From positions 1-60,356 of the forward strand of contig JANXZK010000020.1 in the NCBI GenBank assembly GCA_025355565.1: a stretch of DNA of 60,356 nt, written 5' to 3'. Positions 36,110 through 45,680 of the stretch are shown piece by piece (the first letter of the stretch is position 1; each line of letters opens with the position of its first letter). A program made the position numbers and the translations under genes. This stretch comes from a bacterium (GTDB lineage Bacteria; Patescibacteriota; Minisyncoccia; Phycocordibacterales; PALSA-1337). Under the pieces are notes generated by a model that saw only the letters and a program-made list of their open reading frames with translations, was not told the origin of the DNA and searched no databases.

Positions 36110-37513
36110 TCAACATATTGTAACCCTCACCCCTTTTTCCGTATCCTTGATCTCATATCCTCTTGCTTCGATTTCCGCACGCAATGCATCCGATTTCTTC
36201 CAGTCTTTCTCTTTGCGAGCTTCTTCGCGGGCATCGACGAGCGCGGCGATTTCGTCAGGCAATGCATCGATATCCGTAAAAGAATCGACCTTTGGTATCT
36301 CGGCAAGTCCCAGTCCAAATACGCGGTCAAATTCGAGCAATGTCGCCAATTTGTCAGCATCTGACTCCATTTGGTCTTTTATCAATTCCCATGTTAAGGC
36401 CGCGGCTTTTGGTGTGTCTAGGTCATCATTCACATAGCCTGTAAAACGCTCAATATAGGTCTTTATGGGAGTTCCATGGCCATCATGGCTCGAATATTCG
36501 CTGACCGTCGCCATCAGCCTTATAAGGGCATTTTGAGCCCCTCGGACGGCCTCAAAGCTGAAGTTTACAGGGGATCTATAGTTCGCTGTGAGGAGCCAGT
36601 ATCTAAAACCGATGGGTGAGATCGAGCCTTCCCTGAGTCCTGTGAGTGTAGTAAAACCGCCAGCTGATTTTGACATCTTCTTGTTATCGACATTGATGAA
36701 AGCTTTGTGCATCCAGTAGTTGGCTAGAGGTTTTCCGTGAGCCGCTTCTGACTGCGCGATCTCATTGTTATGATGTATCGGCGCGAGATCGATCCCTCCA
36801 GTATGTATGTCAAAAGGTTGACCGAGATATTTTTCTGACATTGCCGAACATTCTATGTGCCATCCGGGGAAGCCGCGACCCCATGGACTCTCCCAACCCA
36901 GATCGGTATCGAACTTCCACAAAGAAAAATCTTTGGAATTCTTTTTTTGCGGATTGATGCTGATTCTAGACACGTCTTCTCTCGAATCATTGGAAATATT
37001 GCCGAGCTTGCCATAAGAAGGGAACTTGGCTGTGTCGAAATACATGCCGTCATCAGTCTTGTATGCGAAGCCTTTTGCTTCAAGCGTCTGTATCAATTCT
37101 ATGTCATCTTGGATATGATCGCTGGCCTTGGGGAGCTTCTCTGGCATCTCGTTGTTCACTGCCTTTAGATCTGTGATAAAGATATCGGCATATTTCGCGC
37201 CGATCATGAGCATGGACTCGAGTGTGAGTGGCAATTTCTCACGTTTGAGCGCTTTGGTCATCTTGTCTTCACCATCATCCCCGTCACTAACCAGATGTCC
37301 GACGTCAGTTATATTCATGACTTGATGCACTTTGTAGCCATTGAATTCGAACACGCGACGTAGTGTGTCCGCAAAAATATACGCGCCCAGATTTCCGATG
37401 TGCGCATGATCATATACTGTCGGTCCGCAGTTGTACATCGAAACTTCGCTAGCCTTTATCGGCTTGAATATTTCTTTCGTCTTTGAAAGTGAATTGTAGA
37501 GTTGGATTTGCAT
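36110..37513 (-). CDS. cysS: Cysteine-tRNA ligase
   Basis: CGPTVY..HIGN, GFPGWHIECSAM, KMSKS. Confidence 0.97.
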   Translation of the reverse strand: MQIQLYNSLSKTKEIFKPIKASEVSMYNCGPTVYDHAHIGNLGAYIFADTLRRVFEFNGYKVHQVMNITDVGHLVSDGDDGEDKMTKALKREKLPLTLESMLMIGAKYADIFITDLKAVNNEMPEKLPKASDHIQDDIELIQTLEAKGFAYKTDDGMYFDTAKFPSYGKLGNISNDSREDVSRISINPQKKNSKDFSLWKFDTDLGWESPWGRGFPGWHIECSAMSEKYLGQPFDIHTGGIDLAPIHHNNEIAQSEAAHGKPLANYWMHKAFINVDNKKMSKSAGGFTTLTGLREGSISPIGFRYWLLTANYRSPVNFSFEAVRGAQNALIRLMATVSEYSSHDGHGTPIKTYIERFTGYVNDDLDTPKAAALTWELIKDQMESDADKLATLLEFDRVFGLGLAEIPKVDSFTDIDALPDEIAALVDAREEARKEKDWKKSDALRAEIEARGYEIKDTEKGVRVTIC

Positions 37514-37528
37514 ATATTCAGTAATCCC

Positions 37529-38452
37529 CTACACCCACCCCTTCTTCTTGAAATACCACCAGAAACCGCCCGTGATGATGATCGCTCCTACCATGAGTAT
37601 CGTCCATCCAGCTGGACCAGTGACGATAGGGACATTTGGAGCTGGTATGGTAAAAATGGCGGCAATGATCGTGGCAGGGTAACAGATGAAGGTGATGATA
37701 GTCAGTAATTTGATGATGTCATTCTGCTTGGTATTCAGCAAGGAATCGTTAGTCTCACGGAGGTCTGTCAACAATTCGCGTGCATTGCCGACGAATTCAT
37801 GAATGACATTGAATTGGTCACGTATATCACGAATATAACTAGAGAAGTTACCGCCAAATATACTCTTGTCGACATTTTCTACCATTTTTTCCCAAATGTC
37901 GCGGTGCATGCGTGCAGTTTGTTTGAAATCGATGAGCTCGCGTGAGAGGCTAGACAATACCTCCACCATGTCTCGTTCGTCGCCCTTAAATATATGTTTT
38001 TCCGCGCCAGTGATCGAATCTTTGATGTTTTCGAGGTCTTCGATCATGCCCGCGTAGATCTTTTTGACCATATAATAGAATAGGAAGCCTGCGTGCTCGA
38101 TCTTTTCATCTCTATTCAATATGCTATTTGCTTCGAATATCTTACCGAAGTATTCGAGCTGCTCGATAGTCTCGGTGCGTGATGTTATAAGGAAATTCTT
38201 ACCGACTACGAAGTCGACTTCGCGTTCGACGATCTCGCTAGTATCCCCTTTACGTTCACGGACAGGGAGAGTGAGTACTGCTAGAAAATACTCGTCATAA
38301 AACTCGACTTTTGCCAGACTCGAAGACATCTTGAGCTCTTCACCGACGAGTGAGTGCAAACCGTACCTTTTTACTAATGAAGTCACTTCATCATCTGTAG
38401 GGCGTTCCAGGTCTATCCAGACGACACCACGATATGTATGTGTATAGGTCAT
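37529..38452 (-). CDS. CorA-family divalent cation transporter
   Basis: WIDL..P, QNDIIKLLT plus two C-terminal TMs; canonical GMN motif absent. Confidence 0.85.
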   Translation of the reverse strand: MTYTHTYRGVVWIDLERPTDDEVTSLVKRYGLHSLVGEELKMSSSLAKVEFYDEYFLAVLTLPVRERKGDTSEIVEREVDFVVGKNFLITSRTETIEQLEYFGKIFEANSILNRDEKIEHAGFLFYYMVKKIYAGMIEDLENIKDSITGAEKHIFKGDERDMVEVLSSLSRELIDFKQTARMHRDIWEKMVENVDKSIFGGNFSSYIRDIRDQFNVIHEFVGNARELLTDLRETNDSLLNTKQNDIIKLLTIITFICYPATIIAAIFTIPAPNVPIVTGPAGWTILMVGAIIITGGFWWYFKKKGWV

Positions 38453-38525
38453 ATGTATAAGTATAACATTATTTTATTTAATTTCAGCTTGTACGGCATT
38501 TGATTTAATGTAATAATGTCCGCAC

Positions 38526-39734
38526 ATGGATACAGGTAACAAAAAACTGATATACATCATAGGTATACCAGCTATCATTCTAGCTCTCTTTGTCGGCGCA
38601 TACATCGGTAGTCACAGCAGGGCCAATGTGAACCGATCGGATCTCGTAGATCAGACAGTCATCACTTCGGAGAAATTCCAGATATTCTGGAAAGCTTGGC
38701 AGATCCTGGATAACAAATTCGTTACAGCAGCCAGTTCGACTCCAGATCAGAAAATATTTGGAGCAATCCAAGGACTCGCGTCTTCATATGGTGATCCATA
38801 CACAGTATTTTTCCCACCAGATCAGGCAAAAGCATTCGCAGATGATATCGCTGGCAATTTTCAGGGCGTCGGAATGGAGATCGGTATCAAGGAAAAACAG
38901 CTCCAAGTCGTCTCACCAGTGAAGGGTAGTCCAGCAGATCGAGCAGGCGTGAAGGCGGGTGATCTCATATTGAAGATAGGGGACAAGTCGACCAATGATA
39001 TGAGCGTCGACGTGGCGGTGAAGCTCATACGCGGACCGAAAGGCAGCCAGATAAAGATCACATTCTTCCCAGTTGGTGGTACGAAGACAGTAGAGAAGAC
39101 GATCACTCGTGACACGATCAATATTCCGACACTGGATACGGATACGAAACCAGGAGGGATCTTCGTCATCCGGTTGTACAGCTTCACGGCGCAGTCAGCT
39201 GACCTCTTCCGAAACGCTCTACGTGAATTCGTTGCCACCGGCGATCACAAGCTCATCTTAGATCTCCGAGGCAATCCTGGAGGCTATCTAGATGCCGCTT
39301 GGGATATGGCTTCATGGTTCCTGCCAGCAGGGAAGACAGTAGTCACCGAGGATTTTGGTGGCAACGATACGCCGAAGATCTACAGGAGTAAGGGCTACAA
39401 TATGTTTAATAACAATCTCGAGATGATGATCTTGGTAGACAACGGTTCAGCATCATCAGCGGAGATCTTGGCAGGTGCCCTCAAGGAAAATGGCATCGCC
39501 AAGCTCGTCGGTGTGAAGACTTTCGGTAAGGGTTCGGTACAGGAATTGATCTCGCTCACGTCTGATACGTCATTGAAGGTCACGATCGCTCGTTGGCTCA
39601 CACCTAGCGGCCACAACCTGTCACATGATGGACTTGAACCTGATTACAAGGTAGAGTTCACGGATAAGGACGTGGCATCAAAGACCGACGTGCAGATGAA
39701 TAAAGCAGTCGATCTCTTGAACGCATTGCCGTAG
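38526..39734 (+). CDS. S41 C-terminal processing protease with PDZ domain
   Basis: DPYT, LDLRGNPGG, SASSAEI, TFGKGSVQ. Confidence 0.95.
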   Translation: MDTGNKKLIYIIGIPAIILALFVGAYIGSHSRANVNRSDLVDQTVITSEKFQIFWKAWQILDNKFVTAASSTPDQKIFGAIQGLASSYGDPYTVFFPPDQAKAFADDIAGNFQGVGMEIGIKEKQLQVVSPVKGSPADRAGVKAGDLILKIGDKSTNDMSVDVAVKLIRGPKGSQIKITFFPVGGTKTVEKTITRDTINIPTLDTDTKPGGIFVIRLYSFTAQSADLFRNALREFVATGDHKLILDLRGNPGGYLDAAWDMASWFLPAGKTVVTEDFGGNDTPKIYRSKGYNMFNNNLEMMILVDNGSASSAEILAGALKENGIAKLVGVKTFGKGSVQELISLTSDTSLKVTIARWLTPSGHNLSHDGLEPDYKVEFTDKDVASKTDVQMNKAVDLLNALP

Positions 39735-39781
39735 TGTCGTGGTATGTATGATGATTATTAGAACTTAAATAGTCTATAAAA

Positions 39782-40228
39782 ATGAAAGTGATACTTTTAA
39801 AGGATGTTGCCAAGCTAGGCCGAAGGTTCGATATCAAGGAAGTTTCCAGTGGTCATGCATTGAATCTACTCATTCCACAGGGAATGGTGTTGACTGCTAC
39901 CCCGGACGCGATAAAGCGCATTGATGTCCTGAAGAAACAGGTGGAAGGTGAGCGTGCTATTCATGAAGAGTTGCTAGTAAAGAATATAAAGGGTTTGGAA
40001 GGTATAACAGTACGTGTCGTAGGTAAGGCCAATGAAAAGGGGCACCTTTTTGCCGGATTACATCGAGAAGAATTGGTTAGAGAGATCGAGAAACAAACTC
40101 AGCTCCAGATAGATCCTTCGTTTATCAAACTCGAACATCCGATCAAAGAAGTCGGCGATCATGAGATCGTCGTTGAAGGGGGAGGGAAGAAAGCGAAGTT
40201 CACCGTGGCAGTGGAGAAAGCATTGTAG
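39782..40228 (+). CDS. rplI: 50S ribosomal protein L9
   Basis: MKVILLKDV..LG, GHALNLLIPQG, PIKEVG. Confidence 0.95.
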   Translation: MKVILLKDVAKLGRRFDIKEVSSGHALNLLIPQGMVLTATPDAIKRIDVLKKQVEGERAIHEELLVKNIKGLEGITVRVVGKANEKGHLFAGLHREELVREIEKQTQLQIDPSFIKLEHPIKEVGDHEIVVEGGGKKAKFTVAVEKAL

Positions 40229-40242
40229 GGATATATGTAATT

Positions 40243-40311
40243 CATCACATCTCTTTGGGTTCCGAGGACTTTTTTGTAAACAAATCCGCGGGAACGAAGA
40301 GAGGTGTGATG
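40243..40311. terminator. Long hairpin between convergent rplI and rpmA
   Basis: CATCACATCTCTT...AAGAGAGGTGTGATG. Confidence 0.5.
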
Positions 40312-40337
40312 GTTACGATAATATCTGTGCGCCTTAC

Positions 40338-40610
40338 CTAAATAACACTCGCTGTTTTTTTCCTATCAATAGAATTGTTGAAACTAGTTTTTCTCTTTGT
40401 GCCAAATGACACTTTACCATCTTTCATAGCAAAGAGGGTATGATCTTTACCCATACCGACATTCCTGCCTGGTAGTACCGTCGTACCACGCTGACGAACG
40501 ATGATCTGACCCAAAGTGATGCTCTCCCCATGATTGACCTTCACACCCAAATATTGAGGATTTGAATCGCGCCCGTTCTTGGTTGTTCCTGCCGCTTTCT
40601 TATGTGCCAT
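40338..40610 (-). CDS. rpmA: 50S ribosomal protein L27
   Basis: [22 protein letters not shown]. Confidence 0.98.
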   Translation of the reverse strand: MAHKKAAGTTKNGRDSNPQYLGVKVNHGESITLGQIIVRQRGTTVLPGRNVGMGKDHTLFAMKDGKVSFGTKRKTSFNNSIDRKKTASVI

Positions 40611-40900
40611 TTTAGTTGATTGTTAGTGATTAGTAACTAATGATCGGGTCCGTCGAGTAGTGACGATACTTATCTCGTAGTAGCGAAATACTAGCATAAA
40701 AGAGCCAATTTAAGCAAGTATTTTGTTAATGTTGTATTATACGGCTAAGAATATAGCTATTTTGCGCCAATACGATGGCTCTGTAGAGCCATGTAATAGG
40801 GTATGGGGTATTGACTTATTTTGCTATAGGTGCTATACTTGATTTACAAATAAAGACATAGTAGCCGCATGGTTATCTAGGTCTTTTTTGTTTAAAACAT

Positions 40901-41374
40901 ATGATTGAACTTACAACTGGCGTAGTATTCTTGATGTCATCTCTATATGGTAATGGTCCGGGCGACAATTCTCAAAATCTCGTTCCATTGACTTTTGCCG
41001 TAGAGGCGACAACGACAGCCTCGAGCTCATCGACAACCAGCACGAAGATCATGGAAGCATATCTCATGAAGGAGTTCGCCGACACACCTATCTTGGTGGA
41101 TATCGCTCGTTGTGAGTCGACTTTCCATCAGTATGATAAGGATGGCAATCTCGTCCGAGGACGCGTCAACAATGCAGACGTTGGAGTGATGCAGATCAAC
41201 GAAAAGTATCACGATGACACTGCAAAGAAACTAGGCCTCGACTTGCATACCCTAGAAGGTAACGTCGCATATGCCAAACATCTCTATGCAGAGCAGGGCG
41301 CACGACCTTGGATCTCATCTTCGAAGTGCTGGTCTGGTTCAGGAGCGCAAGTCGCCTTGGATCAGAGCAAATAG
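40901..41374 (+). CDS. Secreted lysozyme/lytic transglycosylase-like protein
   Basis: IARCES, GVMQIN, GARPW..S..CW. Confidence 0.8.
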   Translation: MIELTTGVVFLMSSLYGNGPGDNSQNLVPLTFAVEATTTASSSSTTSTKIMEAYLMKEFADTPILVDIARCESTFHQYDKDGNLVRGRVNNADVGVMQINEKYHDDTAKKLGLDLHTLEGNVAYAKHLYAEQGARPWISSSKCWSGSGAQVALDQSK

Positions 41375-41416
41375 ATCGGTCTCATAAAATTACAAAAATG
41401 AGGTCATAATCGGCTA

Positions 41417-41451
41417 ACAAAAGTTCTCGCACAAAATGCGAGAACTTTTGT
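41417..41451 (+). terminator. Intrinsic terminator-like hairpin
   Basis: ACAAAAGTTCTCGCA-N5-TGCGAGAACTTTTGT. Confidence 0.7.
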
Positions 41452-41612
41452 GTTGCTTATAGAGAGATGTGTCATGATATAACTCTTTTCGCCTGATCAT
41501 CGAACGACCGAGCACTCTTTGCTTTGCAAATTGCGAGGAAGTGAGGGGACAGGTGAAAAGAGTTACAGAATCAATACTTGCAATTACGTGCTAACTATAG
41601 TATGCTCTAATT

Positions 41613-41755
41613 AGAGGTCCGAAACAAATCGTAAGTGGATGTCCGTTGTTTTGGAGCGTATTCAATGCAGAAGAGACGATCAAAGGTTGGGAATAGATTT
41701 CAGGCTGTAGGCCTCGCCATCGATCCCCCGAGTTAAATGCTCGGGGGATTTTTAT
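41613..41755 (+). ncRNA. Candidate ~140-nt ncRNA
   Basis: TTGCAA-N17-TATGCT promoter, internal stems, terminator ATCCCCCGAG..CTCGGGGGATTTTT; no credible ORF. Confidence 0.5.
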
Positions 41756-41880
41756 ATTTTAATATTAATTATTTGAATTAAATTATCTCCCCTGCGCATA
41801 TAATAGTTAAATAGCTGAAGTCTATAGGTGTTTTACGTGACCGATGAGAAGAATTGACTTTTGGTCTGAATCGTCTATAC

Positions 41881-41925
41881 TCTGTATGTCATTAGAAAAC
41901 GCCGGCCTGTACGGCGTTTTCCTTT
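41881..41925 (+). repeat. 45-bp hairpin repeat, copy 1
   Basis: TCTGTATGTCATTAGAAAACGCC-N9-GGCGTTTTCCTTT. Confidence 0.85.
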
Positions 41926-41927
41926 AT

Positions 41928-42356
41928 CTATTTTTCTAGGCACACCTGATTGTGCATATTCCAAATGAGATCTGTGACGACGAATGAATTTTCAGCGTAT
42001 CCTATGAATGCCTTACAGCCCTCACGAATTGCCTGCGGCCCGAGAGTCTTGCCTGAATCACATGATCTCATGTACACAACTTTATCTTTGAGCAAATGAG
42101 AATTTTCACCAGCAACAATAAGCACTTCATCATTATGACCGGCTATACAAGCATCATTACCATGGCCGTTAAATACAATAATTTCGGGACTCTGTTTCTC
42201 TAAATAGCTCTCAACGACCTTCTTTGATGCTTTTTCCTTTTCTAGATCAAAAATTTTACCAATTCGCTTCTTGGCTTCTCTTACAATTTCTTCACTCCAA
42301 TGATAGAAATAATGAGTTACCGGTTCATAGCGTGGACGAGTAATGAGAAACGACAT
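41928..42356 (-). CDS. Caspase/gingipain-fold-like protein, possibly internally deleted
   Basis: VFNGHG and YMRSC (His-Cys dyad pattern), AFIGY. Confidence 0.6.
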   Translation of the reverse strand: MSFLITRPRYEPVTHYFYHWSEEIVREAKKRIGKIFDLEKEKASKKVVESYLEKQSPEIIVFNGHGNDACIAGHNDEVLIVAGENSHLLKDKVVYMRSCDSGKTLGPQAIREGCKAFIGYAENSFVVTDLIWNMHNQVCLEK

Positions 42357-42359
42357 AAT

Positions 42360-42593
42360 TTAGGCAGGTAGGTTTTGGAGGGAACGCAGAAAAAATAGCT
42401 GTGTCGCAATTAATTTTTTTCCAATTTCTGATCTCTTCTTTACTTCTTCGATCAAGACATCTACCGACATGGGTTCTTTGTTGTTCCCAACGGAAAGACT
42501 CGCATTTGAAGGAATTGTTTTCAGACGAGCAATAACCAAGTTAACAATGTCTTGACTTATATCTTTTTGATCTGTAGAAATATTTTTATCCAT
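42360..42593 (-). CDS. Small hypothetical protein
   Basis: 77 aa; overlaps or abuts neighbours in a 3-gene operon. Confidence 0.7.
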   Translation of the reverse strand: MDKNISTDQKDISQDIVNLVIARLKTIPSNASLSVGNNKEPMSVDVLIEEVKKRSEIGKKLIATQLFFLRSLQNLPA

Positions 42594-42795
42594 TTTGTTT
42601 TTCTTCTGTAGGAATGAATTTGAGTTCGATCAGTTTATCCAAAATCTTCTTACCCATTTCAGTATCGCCATTTATCTCTCTGTATGCAATCTCCCAAGTT
42701 ATAGGGCCACCTTGGTTTTCACCCAAGTCCAATACTATTTCTTTACGAATATTCAAAGGGAGATTTGCGTAAAATTTGAAGAATTTATCTTTCAT
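42586..42795 (-). CDS. Small hypothetical protein
   Basis: 69 aa; first gene of the operon. Confidence 0.7.
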   Translation of the reverse strand: MKDKFFKFYANLPLNIRKEIVLDLGENQGGPITWEIAYREINGDTEMGKKILDKLIELKFIPTEEKQNG

Positions 42796-42894
42796 AATAT
42801 TAATTTCAGTATACCTTAATCGCTGTGATTATACCATATACATAGACGATCAAAGATAGGTTATAGTTTCGATATGGAAGTGGTATATAATATA

Positions 42895-42939
42895 TCTGTA
42901 TGTCATTAGAAAACGCCAACTCGTGTGGCGTTTTCCTTT
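42895..42939 (+). repeat. 45-bp hairpin repeat, copy 2
   Basis: Same arms as 41881-41925 with a different 9-nt loop. Confidence 0.85.
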
Positions 42940-43096
42940 TCATACGGCGTTCTATGCAGGAGGCGAGGATTTGACGGGGGTCTGGGTCGGATAGCCCCGT
43001 GTTTGCATTACCGAAATGTCCATTTTTTGATTACTCGTATAGTCTCGCCCGCTTGGATCGTTTGGTTGTTCTGTATTTTATGTTACCATCCATCCT

Positions 43097-43795
43097 ATGA
43101 AGAAGAAAATTCGAAAAAGGGGAGACAAAAAAGCAGAATGGGAGATCTTCGATGATTGTGCGATTTGTCAGGCCATGAAGAATGGCCAGGCTAACACTTG
43201 TGATGGTTTGAGTAGGGCTTTTGCCGAGCAGAATCTCAAGAATAGTGTCATGACCATGAGGGTGCAGAATAAAAATGATCTATATTACGACGCGCTTAGC
43301 GCGGTAGAAATTGACGACTTTAAATCAGCAGAAGAGATGTTATTGAAAGCAAAGGATGTCGATCCTAATTATGTGCAGACATATATTGGGCTAGTGTCGG
43401 CATATTCGAGACCAAAAGACAAAAAGAAGAGGGAAGAGAACATTGTACTGGCATTCGAGAAAGTCAAGAAAATATTTCCTACATGGCCTGATGAGATGTT
43501 ATGGGGTTATATTGAGAACCGTGCATATTTGAGAGCCATTCAATACATGGCAGATCTGAAGGCGGACAGAGGTAAAATTGAAGACGCTGTAGAACTGTAC
43601 AAGTTGATCTTGAAGTTAAACCCGGGTGACAATCAAGGCGTTAGGTATGTTTTGGCTGGGCTCTATGCCGGAATCAGTGGCGACCAGATAAATATGATGT
43701 TCGACGAGGGTAATAGGAAGCAAGACTGGTCAAAGCTCGAGAAGCTTGTGAAGCAACAGAACAAGAAATATAATTTTTGGGGTTTGAGTAGTTGA
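43097..43795 (+). CDS. TPR-like helical protein
   Basis: ENRAYLRA, LKLNPGDNQGVRY; N-terminal CxxC. Confidence 0.8.
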   Translation: MKKKIRKRGDKKAEWEIFDDCAICQAMKNGQANTCDGLSRAFAEQNLKNSVMTMRVQNKNDLYYDALSAVEIDDFKSAEEMLLKAKDVDPNYVQTYIGLVSAYSRPKDKKKREENIVLAFEKVKKIFPTWPDEMLWGYIENRAYLRAIQYMADLKADRGKIEDAVELYKLILKLNPGDNQGVRYVLAGLYAGISGDQINMMFDEGNRKQDWSKLEKLVKQQNKKYNFWGLSS

Positions 43796-43930
43796 ACGTT
43801 CTGACGCGATGATTATAACAGTGGACAGACTTACTAGCTGATGCAGCCGCCGAACACACCACATCGGTCCTTTGTAAACAGGGCATTCCTTGATTCCTAA
43901 CTCGCGCTAGCCAGAGCTCCTAAAGAATCA

Positions 43931-44080
43931 ATGTCGCACAATAGAAGCTTTTCCGACAGTCCCTAGGTGGGGATAACTTCACGCATATCCCCTCATGGCA
44001 GTAATTCGTAATTTTTGCATCGGTATTGAGCCATGAAAAGAATGATTACTGCCATGAAGGGATACACGTGGATAACTTTT
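43931..44080 (+). repeat. 150-bp direct repeat, copy 1, with 91-nt hairpin
   Basis: Matches 44856-45006 except one substitution and one G indel. Confidence 0.95.
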
Positions 44081-44231
44081 AGATCTCCATTACGAGTGGA
44101 GTATGGTCACTTTTTATAGAGGCTGGCGAGTACAAATGCTTGTGTTCACTTTCGTCAAATAGGAACTCGACATTGAACGTGGTGATATTCATATAACTAA
44201 TGATAACATATAGTTGTGATATACTTTGTCC

Positions 44232-44747
44232 ATGAAAGATTCTCAAAACAACCTCGCTTTTATAGACGGTCAAAATCTTCACCTCGGTACTAAGGAAGGT
44301 GGTTGGAGTGTGGACTACAAGAAATTACGTGTATATCTCACGGATAAGTATCATGTTTTGGAAGCCTACTATTTTTTTGGCTATGTCGACGAAGAACAGC
44401 AGGAACTATACAATAATCTTCAGAAAGCAGGATTTATTGTTTCGTTTAAGGAACACAACCCTGCTATGCTTGGCCAAAAGAAGGGGAATGTTGATACGGA
44501 TATTGTCTTTGAAATTATGAAAAATCTGATCGAAAATATGAAGTTCAGTAAAGTGATCATCGTATCTGGAGATGGAGACTACAAAAAAGTCATCGACTAT
44601 TTGATAAAAGGGGACAGGTTCGAAAAGATTCTTTTTCCCAACACAAAATTTGCATCTTCTTTATATAAAAAACTGGGTGCAGAGCGCTTTGATTATCTAG
44701 ACAACGTCAAAAGCTATATACAATACGAACATAAGAAACGTAAATGA
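44232..44747 (+). CDS. NYN/LabA (PIN-like) domain protein
   Basis: AFIDGQNL, KKGNVDTDI, VSGDGDY. Confidence 0.92.
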   Translation: MKDSQNNLAFIDGQNLHLGTKEGGWSVDYKKLRVYLTDKYHVLEAYYFFGYVDEEQQELYNNLQKAGFIVSFKEHNPAMLGQKKGNVDTDIVFEIMKNLIENMKFSKVIIVSGDGDYKKVIDYLIKGDRFEKILFPNTKFASSLYKKLGAERFDYLDNVKSYIQYEHKKRK

Positions 44748-44855
44748 AAAAGGCTCCTAAGGCACGAGACCTTTCGGATCCTTTTTCGTCTTAATACGTC
44801 ATTAATGTAGTCTATAGGAGCGCAAAAGTCAAGGCCTTGACAGGTCTGGAATATG

Positions 44856-45006
44856 ATGTCGCACAATAGAAGCTTTTCCGACAGTTCCTAGGTGGGGGAT
44901 AACTTCACGCATATCCCCTCATGGCAGTAATTCGTAATTTTTGCATCGGTATTGAGCCATGAAAAGAATGATTACTGCCATGAAGGGATACACGTGGATA
45001 ACTTTT
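44856..45006 (+). repeat. 150-bp direct repeat, copy 2
   Basis: Near-identical to 43931-44080. Confidence 0.95.
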
Positions 45007-45680
45007 TTAGCGCGGCGTTCTAAAAGTGAATTTGAAATCTTTGAAATAGATTTTCTCATCTTTATCCGGTGCCCATGTCAGATCATTTCCACCGAAGAAT
45101 ACTGCGAATTTGAATGAATCAATACCAAACGAATCATCGTTTCTAAACCGTAGAGTAAGATTGCAGACTTCCTCGTCATCAAACCACGATATCAATTTTC
45201 CATCATCCTTAGCCGGTGTGTTCATTTTTATGTATGTTTTCATTGTGTGCCACACATCAGGCGTCAGATATGCTCTATCTTCTTGATGTGCTTTCAAAGT
45301 ATTCCATTCTTTCCACATTTGAGAAGTAATCGGAACTTGTTTATTTAGAGCTTTCGTCCAGATAAAATCTTGACCCCATTGCTTCGTTGCATCCTTGCCC
45401 TCGAAATAGACATACTGCGTCATCATACCTAACTCTCGCCACATGACTCGTGCAGAAAATCCACTGGGCGTATTTCTGCCACCCATCGGACTGGATCCAC
45501 CACAAAAGCCTGGCAACTTACCACCTCGCTTGAAATCAAAATCGTTATCGACTCTGACTTTGTATTCAACTGTAGCTTCATTATATGTTTTACCAAATCG
45601 CGCGCCCCACGAAGTGCCTCCAATCTCTGGACCCGTTTGTCCCTTTAAGCAGGTGACACAGAGAACGTTTTCTTTGTCTA
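45007..45680 (-). pseudogene. Polysaccharide lyase (PL14-like) interrupted by IS630
   Basis: Frame open up to the IS: DKENVL..FDFKRGGKLPG..GFSARVMWR..FFGG; continues in frame beyond 46788. Confidence 0.75.

Noticed and set aside
43980-44070. Integron attC site
   Set aside because: No clear RYYYAAC/GTTRRRY ends and no integron integrase in the window.
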